Assembly: GCA_973851085.1 (NCBI GenBank) | Contig: OZ316776.1 | Location: 5,394,001 to 5,458,000 of the forward strand | DNA length: 64,000 nt | Source: Ptychomitrium polyphyllum | Lineage: Eukaryota | Reading direction: 5' to 3' | Part shown: positions 52,561 to 64,000 of the stretch, piece after piece | Position numbering within the stretch: the stretch's first letter is position 1 | Layout: each line of letters opens with the position of its first letter | Notes under the pieces: generated by a model | What the model saw: the letters and a program-made list of their open reading frames with translations, nothing else | The model's database searches: none | What the model was told of the DNA's origin: nothing | Translations under genes and position numbers: made by a program

Positions 52561-55128
52561 CTATTGATATGAACTAGTACAATAAACCTGGCACTTGATA
52601 GTTTGACGATTCACAATGAAGCCGGGATTCACCATGATGCTGATCTTGGAGCGAACAGACTCTTCCTCGAAGGCTGGGAGTTGCTCCATGAATCTGGGGT
52701 CAAATTCAGCTGATGGTGAGACTCGAAATATAGACGCTGGCTGGTCGAATGCGAATGCCAGATGGTGCACAAGCCAGACAGCCTTGACGGCGTTGAAGAA
52801 TGAAGCCATAAGGCTCAAAGAGATTTCACTTTCTGCTAGATTTCCAAGCTGTGAAAGGATGAGCTCCATACGCACCACGAAGAACCGGTGGAAACTGGAG
52901 TTCACCACCAAAGCGCCAGGTTTCCCGAGGGATTTCTCGATGTTAACCCACTTCTGGTTTTTCAGGTTCTGATATGACTGATAGCATGTTTGTTTCAAAG
53001 TATCAGGATCGAAAATAGTGGAGGCCCCATTTGGCTCAAAGCTCACATTCTCGAAGCTTTCGAACATGACCTGGTTGAGAAACGACTCAAAGTAGAGAAT
53101 GATCACATTCCGTGGCATCCGACTTACCGACCTTGCAACCTTGTGCTGCTCTAAGAGAGAGGTTATCACTTGAGTGGCCGACGCGCCTGAATCCCGAATG
53201 TGGTGACATATTGCAGAAGCTAATTTCCGAATGCAGGCTTGCGAGTCTTCAAACACCTTCAGGAACTGCTCGGGTGTTAATTCCTGAGAAGAAAACCGAC
53301 GTGCGATGTCTGGTTCGACTGGCGCAGGATTGTGAGCTTCTCTCCTTCCTACTATGTAAGTGGAATTGTCAGATTCTAGTTCCAGGTCCCATTGGAGCCC
53401 ACTCCTTCGAGCGCTCAGCTGGAGCTCCAAATCCTGACACCGTTGCTTCAACATTCTGCACTTCTCATCAGAACCCTCCGCAGCTGCTTGCAACGCTCTG
53501 ACCTCCTCTTCTGCCGCCATACATTTCTGATTCGCTTGCTCCAGCTTGTAACGTAAGGTTTTGATGGTGTAGTCCAAAACCTTGATGGAATCAGTATCCC
53601 CTTTCACGCTTCCCCCCATGTCAGATTGAAAGGATTCGTTTAATTTCTGTGCAGCTGCCGAACTGTACTTTTTCTTGCCCCAATTCAGAAAGCCAAATAT
53701 GTTGTAGGTCCCTGATTTTTGGGTTGATGCGACCTTCTTGCCTCCTACTTTCAATGGTGACTCCTGTGGTTCGAAATCGCCTGCAGAGGAATCTGCAAAT
53801 AATTTTGAATCATTTAATTATGCTTCAACATTTAGCAGGAAACAGGACTAACACCAGCACTACCCTTGCCTGATACCGAGCTCCGCGAGTGGAATTCACA
53901 TTTTGAGACTGCAACTAGCTGTATTTACAACAGCAAGTGAGGAGCGCAAGAGAACAGCAAAGAATTAGCTTCACTTCAAAACTTGCAGGTAAACGCTATT
54001 ATGAAGCCCAGAGCAATGGGTTGAGTAAGAAATGGCTTGAGAGATCCAACCTTGAGATATTTCCCTGTCGAGTGCAGGGGCATTCACAGTTTGACCTCCA
54101 TCTCCGCAACCTCGCCAGCTTGGAAGAGACGACGAATCTACACATGGTGCTGGATTCCGTCTCCCTTTGAAATTTTGGAAGGAGCTATTCATGTCCTTGG
54201 TAAGTCCCGTAGTTGTATTGTGAGTTTCACTTCTAATGCTTGCCAGCGGAGACGCTGCCCGGAACGATTTCTTCCATGACCGTCCAGGAGATCTATCCTT
54301 GGAAACAGAAGGCCGGTGGGTTTTCTCAGAATGCCGAATTTTCATCAACTTCTTCAACCTCACTGTGGATGAACCATGCACAGGACTGATCATGGTGATC
54401 TGGTGTGGATCAGACCCCACGTTGACGGATGCCGGAGGAAGCATATTGTTCGCCAGCATGCGACCGTCGTTAAGGTCATAAGCAGGTCTTCCCTGCCCGG
54501 GACTCAGTGTCAGTTGCTCCACCATGGGTGTCATCCCGCCTTGCTCCGTAAGCCTTGGGCTCGAAATGTGGAGCTGAGTGAGCTTGGGACTTTTCTCCAA
54601 TGGTCTTAGGTTAGGACTCAAGATGTTCATGTTTTGAGGAGAGTGAGCCATAGCCGTCCTTGTGGCAGCCGGGCTGGCGTGCCGTCCAGGAATGTTGTAA
54701 TTCCGTTGACCAGGAGTGTTTGGAACGGGGACATAATAATTGCACCCTGAGTTCATCATGATTCTGGCTGGGAGCATGCCTCCAGAACTGGGGCTCATAA
54801 GAACGGCAGGAGCCTCCAAGTACTCAGGCCGAGGACTGTGGTGACGGCTGCTGGGCTTGAGAAGGGGTGCAGGATGCTGAAGGGGTCCAGAAAGGGGTCC
54901 CGAGAAAGGGCCAGAATGTTGATCCAGACTGGTGGTGCTTCCAGAAGGTGTGAGGAGGTGAATAGTTTCGAATGAGAGCGAGCAGCTGCTATGCCCCGGC
55001 GTGCTCCTGTTATCAGTGTGAATTTCTTTCCAGATTCCTTGCCCGTCAGAGTCTTGGAAGCTCAATCGGCTTTGCTCGGAGCTTGGAGGAAGTGCGATCG
55101 ATTCTCGAATTCCCTGCACCCATTCCAT
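52561..55128 (-). CDS. GIL1 / IRK-interacting-protein-like coiled-coil protein with a long Ser/Pro-rich disordered N-terminus; 2 coding exons
   Basis: The C-terminal exon (~53780-52561) has a coiled coil, then FESFENVSF, FHRFFVVRM, FFNAVKAVWLVHHLAFAF...IFRV...FDPRFME...IMVNPGF...IKCQVYC, typical of the GIL1/IRKI C-terminal domain. The N-terminal exon runs from ATG 55128 (MEWVQGIRES...) to ~54051. The exact junction is ambiguous (54051/53780, or a phase-0 donor near 53983 with acceptor 53763). Confidence 0.8.
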
Positions 55129-58100
55129 CACCTCAGCACCAACCAGGATACACCACAATGCTGGACATTGCTACAAGTCTAAATAGACAACACGCTGCTT
55201 CATACGGTGACACGGCCCTTCTCAATATCATAGAACTTGAATGGCTGACTCTCGATTACTCTAATAAAACTAGTCACAAGTTGCAGTATGACCTGTAAAT
55301 GGATTTTCAGAAGAAAAGAAACGGAAAGAAAGATTTCCTCATGTAACGTTACATCTAGAAAGAACTAGGAGCCTGCACAAACGAGTCGAGCCTAGTTAAA
55401 TATTCAGCAGCTAGGCATTACATGTGGTTCCACAATTTAAGACAGCTAGGCCAAACTCAGGAGAGTGATTGCTCAGTCTCGCGGCAATACAGATCATATT
55501 TATATCAATTCCCCAGCTGTCTCTCTGAAGTTCTTCATCTGCCGCTTAAGTTTATCAAGAACCAAGAAACCATCTAATTAAACTTGGAGGAAAACTATAT
55601 CGTCAACAGTGACCTCGTTACTGCTCACTGCCATGGAAGCCAAAAGAGTTTGAGCTTCCGAAGACAATCTCGTTAAATATTATTTATTCTACCTCTTGAC
55701 ACCCGTCGAACAGACTACCTGAGGATACCTACTTAAGGTGCTACTACGAATCTGTAATACGAATTCAAGCGTGTGGAATTTTTTTTTCTCTTTTCTGTTG
55801 ATGAGTAAGAGTGCTACATTGAGAGGAAAGGAGGAGGAGAGGAAGTGTGCTACAAGAGATGACGCAGCAAGCTTACGGGAGTGAAGATTGGATACTCGCG
55901 TTGTGGTGTTAGAATACGTCGGGCACTAGCGGAGATGTCCGAGGTGTTGGTCACATCATTGCCACGCACCCCGAGTAAGACCCCCGCTTTTTGCATTCCC
56001 ATCACTCCTGAGACGCCTCTCGTCAATGCACAAGGCTAGCTGTCCACAAGGTCGTCGTGAATAATCCTCCTCGCTCTCAGAATCACTATCCAACAAGGCC
56101 AACTTCCCCTCCTCTTTCTCAATCTCTCGTTGTGTGCGTATGTATTTCAGGCTTCACCTTGGTCCTCACCTGGATTTGCAGATACGAACACTTGAATATT
56201 AGCTACAGTTTGCCTCTCTTGTCACCAGCTCCGAAAGCCCTGCGACAGTCTGAGCACCTCTCTACACACACACTTGTGCCATGTGCAAGCCAGCTAGTTA
56301 CATTCTCCAGTACTATCTAGTTGCATTGCCATGTGCCCTCCGCCGCCGCACACGACCGATTCTGCCTTCAAACCCGCTTCCCTCGTATCAACACTCCATC
56401 ACCGGAATTCTTGTCAAAATGTTTCTTCACAAGACACAGGGGCCAGTAAGGCACGCTCTTCTTCAACCGCGAAGCTAATGCTGCTAATTCTTCTTCAAGC
56501 CAGGAGCTTACGTCAAGACTGGCGGGAGCTCAAAACACAAAAAACCCAGGTGAGCCCGGAAGCCGACACTCTGACTAGACCTGATACTGCTACTTTGTAG
56601 ATTTCATGCTGATGGCTGTGGTGTAGTAGCCTGTATCCATTCCTCAATTGACGGTGACTGCAATCCAGAAGTCCACTACCAGATTCCCAATTGTGGATGT
56701 ATGTCTTCTAGTGTCGGATGGATTGCCATGGGACGAAGAATGGCAGTCGTCTGGAGGAGGAAGTTACGTATCCAGCTTCAGTAACTCAACAAAGGAACTG
56801 TAATCACTTCATCTTTCGTTTGCTCTTGCTCATTAGATCATTGTGTGATCTTTTCCTGCGAAATCATTAGTTCCTGGCTACCTTGCAACAGGACTTGGTT
56901 TTATCACATCACTCTCTGCTGCTACTAATGGTATTCTGTTTGCCTCAGTTGTGTTGGGGCGAGCTTGCAAAATCAGTTTTGTCTATTGTCAAACTGTATG
57001 TGCTCTTGGATTTGGGAATTTGTGGAGAGATGACTTACCTAGGGACAATCTCCAGAAGTTGGAAATGGAAAAAGCTGGCTTTGTATCAGTTTTTGGCTTT
57101 TGTAATTGTTTGTTTGTTCGCAAAACTGGAACTTGCTTTTCATTTGAAGTTAAGTAAGAGAGAGTCCCCAACCAAGACAAGATTGAAATCATTTCTGCTT
57201 CTCATGCTGTTCGCATTCACCCGTCCGACCCACTCTCTCTAGGTGCTCCCCTCCAACTTTTGAACCCAATCAGGCATATGGAGCTTCAGTTGAGGGGCAA
57301 GTTAACCATCCCCTACTCCTACACCTTTGCCGGACAGTGTAGGATAATACAAGGAAAACCTCGGGTGGGCCCATACAAGAGATCTCATGTAGCAGGATAC
57401 TGGTAATTGACCCGCTAGGGTGTCCTACACTAAACGTGAGTAAGTGGAAAAAAATCCAAAAAGAAATGTAAATATCCTAAAATGAAAATCGACATTTCCA
57501 TATTTTGCAACTACAATTCTCCAGTACTAGCATAAGGTTGAGGCAGCCTCCCTCAATTGAGAGCTCTTCTACTTATCCTTACAAATAGGCTTTACAAAAT
57601 CCTCTCTCATTCCCATCAACCCAATCTTATTAAAATAAATTATCATCTTCTTCTTTTTTCACCATCTTTTCTACATTTCTAAATAAATTTATCACCTTTG
57701 TTCACAAATTAAATTCTTCGATGACATTTGTTTTCCTAGTCAAGTGCACATTTGGAAGTTGGATCACCTTTGTACCTGATCGAGGTGACTTAAGGAGAAG
57801 AGTAGGTGGGGCGATGCATGCGAACTAGCCCGTACCTCCTCGAACATGCTGCTTCGTTCCTATGCAAGGTAAGTGGGAAGGTACAGGATATGCAAGTTTG
57901 ACTTTCTGGATTTGACAGAAAAAACAAAACTCATACCCTGGAGCTCACCAATTTGGAATGGATACTCTAATACAGCCTAATTAAACATTACTGTATGGAT
58001 AAATGCCAGTGAATCAGTTGCCAGCTTTTGACTGAACTGTGCTCACCAGTGGATGAATGCAGCTCAAACATGAACTGAACCTAACTGATGCAAAAATAGT

Positions 58101-59499
58101 TTCATTAGTTACAGGTGAGTGCGAGGCTCCTGGACTGTCAATGCTTTGTTGTCTTAAAGACGAAGCATCACAGAACAAGCTGGAGGCACTGCTCTCCTCT
58201 AATCGGAATCTATTGGGTCACAGCTGGAAACTGATTTTAATGTTTGTCGAAGTGTATTAAATTTTGACAGCGAGGGCTAGGATAGTGACTGAACTGAAGA
58301 CAATGAACGGTGAGCTATGAGGAGATCAAAGAGAACCTTCAAAATTCCTCCAACATAATGACAGGCTTCTCTAGTGAAACTCCTAGTAAACCGTGCCTGC
58401 TGCAATGATTTCTTTTTTCTTTTTCAAATTAGAGCAATTGTTCACTCACCCCTTCAAGAAACATGCTTTGATTTTGTCACGTCTGCACGTCTACAAAGTC
58501 CCTTTTGCTGCTATGATTGCTTATAGTCCGCTGTCTAATGCAATACAAGCAAAGTGCGCTGTCTACTGAACACTGAGCTTTTCCTTCCTAAAAATGAATG
58601 CATCAAGATAATGAGCAGGCAGACTGACGGTGCATTACGAAGCTGGAAACTTAACCTTCAATGGACAACCAACGATTAAACTTATCCATTTCCACAAAGG
58701 AAAGTTTCAGTTAGTGGAATTCAGTAGGGTCCAGCATCCAGTGTGCAAATGAGAAGAAAACAGCTTCATTGATGAACCCCACCCACTTCAACCAAAATAC
58801 AGAGAAGTTTAATAAAGAAGTGCACCCTTCAAGGCCCTCTTGCTGTGGGAAAGAGTGAGCTGTAACTGGTGAATGCTAACCAAAAGTTAAATGTAACAGT
58901 GGTACCGGCACTCCAATACAAAAACATGTTCTGTGGCCAGAACAGACAGAAGGTTGTTCTGGTCCCCGTTGCTCCGATGAAGGAAAAATTGTGGAAATTG
59001 GTCCACGTGGACATTTAATGACGAATATTTATAGTAAGAACTGATGGCATAGCCTTTGCTGGCAAGATGGTGGTAGGCCATGGGAACGAAGTCAAGCGAA
59101 TCCTTTTAGTGTCCGACGTGTGAACACCTCCTCCTGTTAACATATAGCTCCACGGTATTATATATGATAAAGGTATAATCCACTTTAAGATTCTCATTTA
59201 AGTCAGAGCCAAGTTATTGGCCTGGATCAGTACAACTGTGGGTTATTATTCCTGTATCCAAATAAGCCTTCACCTCTACCTTCCTGTCCAGAAGTGTACA
59301 ATTGCATGGTTTATGAGTTAGAATCTCCTCACCAGGTCTCTGAAAGGACACATGACATTCCTGAGCAGTTCACTAGGATACTCTTTCACAATGGCATATT
59401 TGAGAAAGATGCTATAAAAATTCACTTTCTAACTCATGAAAATGTGACACATATCTATTGTTACTATACTTGGAAAGAATATGGTTTCTTCTTGCTCTA

Positions 59500-62300
59500 T
59501 AATGTCATTTAACTAAGCCCTATAAAGCATGATTCCAACAATTTATAACTTTATATTCATACAACCCAATAAATGAACCATTTTCTAAGATTTAGGGCTT
59601 CAAAAGAAGCATGGAGAAGGCTAAGTGTTATTGTGGGTGGATATGAGCCTTTGTGTTTAAGAGATGAAAAGAAAGATGGAATGAAAATATACAATATTCT
59701 TCAACAGAATATCCCTATGTTATGATCAACAATACTATAGTAAAATTTCTTTTTTCCTCTAAAATGCTAAACTTTATTAAATAAGAGTATCACAACAATA
59801 AACCACTTTTATTTTTAATGGTTTTCTTTTTTAAACATTGTATATATTATAAAAGTGGTGCAAAATTATATTGCTTCAAAAAAAAATTTGTACTTTTGGA
59901 AGTAGAATAATGCATGGTTTATTAATAACCTAATTTCTACTAGGATTATATTTTAAGGCTATTTTTCTTAATAATATATATTATATACAAATACATTTTC
60001 TTAAAAAGAAATAAAATTTATTTTTCACAACAACTTTTTTAGGAATTTAAATTCTTAAATTTTTGTTGAAGTTATCAACATAGTTATAATTAAACACTTT
60101 ATAATAATATCAAATATAATGTTTATTTTACAAATAAAATAAAATATTAATAATATTAATTATTTTTATGTTAGTATTATTATTAAATAATCTAGTAATG
60201 TTATATATTATTTGATAGTACGTTTTTTAAGGCAATTTTAATTTAATGACAATAGTGTAAAAACTTGCATTTAAATGCTATCATATTGAAGATGTAAAGG
60301 CTGCCTTATTTGTTTATAATAATATTCAATATGAGATAAGTATATAATAGTTGTAGAACAATTAATATTTTTCAAAAACTATGTGGTAAAAACAAAAATT
60401 ATAGTTTTTTAATTATTCAAAGATGAATATCTTTCAATTGATTAATAAAAAATTAAAGTACATTTTGAAATTTTAAAAAATATGATGCTTATTTATCTAT
60501 TAGTTATAAGCCAATATTTAAAGAACCAAGTCAAATTGAGAAATCATGTTTTTCATTTCAATAATTAAAAACACCTAATTAATATTTACTTTCAATACAT
60601 AATCATTTAAATCATTTTAGGTTTTATCTAAATACTTCTATAAGATTTAATCAAGTCATTATTCATATTTATATATATATATTGTATGTTTTGAATAGAT
60701 TCACATTAAAAACTTTTCTCACAAACATTTGGTGCTTCATATATTTTTAAAACATAACATTTATTACATTTTAAAGATGTTGTTTTCATTTTTCCTTTGT
60801 TTAATAGTGGCTTCCTTAAAGATCTTTTGAACATGTTTTTGAATCAAATAAAAAGCAAATGATTTGATACTTTTGAATTGTTTATAAAATTCTGTATTTT
60901 ACATTTTGATTTTCAAATTTTGTAGCTTCTTTTAGAAAAAATATACAAATATTGTTTTTGGATTGGAATTTTTTTTTTGAATTATAATATTTGATTGAAT
61001 GAACATTGAAATTTTTGTGTATTTTGGTAATAATTTCCAAAAACATCTTATTTCATATATGTATAAATGCTTAATGAAAGGTTTGAAAAAAACATTAAGT
61101 CTACATATGGAAGTAATAACAAATCTACAAAATTAATTGTAATTTCAAATCTTCTTTACAATTTTTTGAAAACTCGAAATTTCAAAATTCCCTAAAGCTC
61201 AATGGTTATATGCAATTATAAATTGTATGTGTAAAAGTTAATATTGTCATTGGTGAAGTTAAATTTGAAGGTTATTCTAAAAATTCATATTAGAAATTTT
61301 AATCTACATATATTGTTTATAAATTAGGCAAGTCATTCCTTCTTTTATTTAAATATTATATACAATAATAAAGTAATTTAAGCAAGATTAACAAAATACA
61401 AAAATATTCTACAATTCAAAAGAATAATGTAGAAATTTATTATTGGTATTTTTTAAAGATCTTTTAAAAATTAAACACCTTGTGTTATATCCTAAGAAGT
61501 TATGCATGTTTTTTATTTTATAACTTTTTCACATGTTGTTTAAAGGAATTTGAAAAAGTCTTCTTCCAAATTTATACAAAAAAAATATTATATGCAATAT
61601 TATTGATGCATTATTTTTATTTAAGTAAATATGAATTAATAATTTTGAATTTTATTTTGAAGAAACAATATTAAAAATATCCTTAACTTTATGACAAGTG
61701 AGCTTTTTAAGGATCTTTTTTGAAGTCAAAGTATAAGGTGATGATTTATACATTGATAATGCTATTACATGCTTAATGGACATTGTTAAAATACTTACTA
61801 TAAAAATCCTTAGTAATTATTGTAATGTTTTAAAAACATTTAAGAACTATACAACATAATTTTATTGAATTTTTGCAAGTGTAGGAACGTATTACCTTGT
61901 AAATTAAGAGTATTATAGCAATAGGTCACAATCTTTTATTATTGAATTTAAATGCAAATTTGCAATTTTTGACTAATGAAATTTATTCATTTCTTTACTG
62001 GAATGCTTTTATAAATGTCACATATATATAAGCAAATTTTGTTATACAAACATTATAGTTATTTTATATTTAATTATTTTAATTTTCAGCACCTTTTACC
62101 TATTACAACGTGACAATGACAAATTGTTATGATGCCATAAGTATTATAAGTTTTTCACTTTGAATGAACAACAATATTTAACAATACAATTATTTGTTCG
62201 ATAAAACTCCTTCAAGCTGTGTTTGTAGTGTATTTTCTTATAATAGTCTCAAACAATGTATAATATAAACATTAAGGTATTCCCAAATTAGAAGAACAAT
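59500..62300. other. AT-rich repeat-derived intergenic block
   Basis: Extreme AT richness and no credible ORF, with texture similar to 3-17 kb. Confidence 0.6.
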
Positions 62301-62540
62301 TGACAGAAGTTAAGGTACTTAGAATGAATGAAGAGTTGGTTTAGAAACGCTTGACTAACACACCTTGATATTGTAAGATTCCTCATTCATCCATCAAAAT
62401 TACACTCTCCAATACATTTTTGTTTGTTTGTGTGATAAAAATGAGTTTCAAGAGTGCTTTTGCAAAACTTTCACTTTTGGGAGGATTTAACAGATAACTT
62501 TACTGAAAAAGTATTACAGTTTTTCTACTTTGAATGGATA

Positions 62541-62573
62541 ACTGTCACTGTCACTGTCACTGTTACTGTCACT
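62541..62573 (+). repeat. (ACTGTC)n hexamer microsatellite, ~5.5 units
   Basis: ACTGTCACTGTCACTGTCACTGTTACTGTCACT visible directly. Confidence 0.92.
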
Positions 62574-63299
62574 ATTAGCTGTTTTGATTTGTGGACTTGT
62601 TTTATGATTTGCTTAAAAGAAAACTATGTTATTGTCCTGTACTGTACAATCCACGCTCATGAGTCACCAGTGGAAATCACGTTCCCAAATCCCACGTTCC
62701 CAATGCACATTGAGCCATTTGACTGCAAATGGATAAGAAAAGTGAGTGAATCCAATCATCCGAGAAAGGACAAGTAACATTAGGTTGGAGCTCACACCTC
62801 ACCTGAAATAGGAAGTAATTACCAGTAAAAGCACACTCAAAAGAAGGCAATCACACTATAAATCACAGTGAATTTTATATACTGGATTTTATATGAGACC
62901 TTTTACATGAATAGTATCAATATCTTAATTCGTGATTAAAACTCTCATTATGCATAGAATGTTATAATTTCAAATATATAGCTTGTGTAGTTAATATTCA
63001 AATATATTTTTAATATCCACAAAACAAGTCATTAAAATGTGTAAAAAGTTCTACAACTTGCTTAGATTTGACCATCATTCAACTTGGTTTATTATTAAAT
63101 GAATTCCTTATGATTAATTGCTATGTCAAGTTTCCACTTTGTTAGAAATCAAAACTCAACACAAAAGCAAAATTGACTACATTTAGAATTTGAAGCATCA
63201 AAACATATGAGTTAATATAATTTTCTTGCACGCTACAACTTGATGGTTGAGAGGACAAAATTTTACAAGATGCCATTCACGTAAGAACTACTAATTCCT

Positions 63300-63885
63300 T
63301 AAGGTTGTCTAGTTTGAACTTTGAGATCCAAAGTTGTAAAATGCAAACTTGTACTAAGAGTGTAAAGGAATTATGGTTTGAGCCTAACAAGTGGCTTTCA
63401 AAAATTCATCAATAAGGCAAAAAAGTCCTTTTTCCTTGTGATGGTTAAAAACCATTCTTTAACTACGGATAGACTTGTTTAAGAATGTAGTCTACACATC
63501 AATAGCATTAGATTGCAATCAAGTTCCAATAAAGAATCAACAATCATTCTTTCTTTGCATTTTGTAATGTATTTGTCTACCATTGTCTTATGCTGAGCAT
63601 CCTTAATCAAAGACCCTGCATAACTTAGGAAATACACGGTTGAAAGTTGTTCAACTCCTCTTTTCTTTGTGAGGTCAATTAACATTTGTTACATTTTCTA
63701 ATTTGACTTCACCATTGGTCCTCTTTTTAGACAAGTTTGGACTGAGGCAAATTAATATGGCAATGCAAGATAAATCATTTGTCTAGTTATAGATGAAGAG
63801 TTGTGTAGCTCTCCATCGCTTCTTTCCTAATGAGGTCTTGACTTGTGAGGCCACATCACTGCTTGCTACCACATATTCAAATATT
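63300..63885 (-). pseudogene. Decayed coding remnant, probably transposon-derived; family not recognised
   Basis: One minus frame (containing ORF 63479-63685) reads as protein-like for >100 codons, with scattered TAA/TAG stops consistent with C-to-T decay. Confidence 0.3.
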
Positions 63886-64000
63886 CTAAATTAAAAATCA
63901 ATGCAATCTTTGGAAATCTAACAAACTTCATGAATTCCAAAAAAATTGTTTATCACTATCAACAATGCAAGGCTAAGAAAACACCTCATGCACCTAAAGC

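Noticed and set aside
19441..55128. Functional cluster of proteolysis/development genes (DEK1, RPN3, LBD, GIL1-like)
   Set aside because: Adjacency alone is not evidence in a plant genome, and no shared regulatory signature is visible.
56105..56140. TCTCTCGTTGT resembling the complement of miR535
   Set aside because: Only a partial match, and no complementary arm forming a precursor hairpin is visible nearby.

Overview
This is eukaryotic genomic DNA from a land plant, most likely a moss. The gene set, intron style and LTR family resemble Physcomitrium/Funariaceae, but the species cannot be fixed from sequence alone. Layout: (i) 1-3023 is a decayed Ty3/gypsy RT-RNaseH fragment interrupted by an opposite-strand chromovirus-type LTR/integrase-tail/LTR unit. 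(ii) About 3.0-17.3 kb is very AT-rich transposon debris, including degenerate LTRs, a DDE-type DNA transposase remnant and two gene-like islands. (iii) About 17.4-56 kb is a gene island with five spliced protein-coding genes: DEK1 (membrane-anchored phytocalpain, +, 30 coding exons, 2168 aa by my splicing), an At3g49140-like split-barrel/HugZ-like protein (-), 26S proteasome lid subunit RPN3 (+), a class I LOB-domain transcription factor (-) and a GIL1/IRK-interacting-protein-like gene (-). (iv) About 59.5-64 kb is AT-rich repeat-derived DNA again. I found no tRNA, rRNA or CRISPR. I cannot support a wholly new biological system here. The best leads are possible post-transcriptional controls on DEK1 (uORFs and a G-quadruplex in the leader, a candidate NMD-position 3'UTR intron, a GC-AG intron, a NAGNAG acceptor), the oddly built LTR element with an extra ORF, and the functionally uncharacterised split-barrel gene. 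Exon boundaries were derived by hand from splice signals, frame continuity and remembered family motifs. No database search was run.
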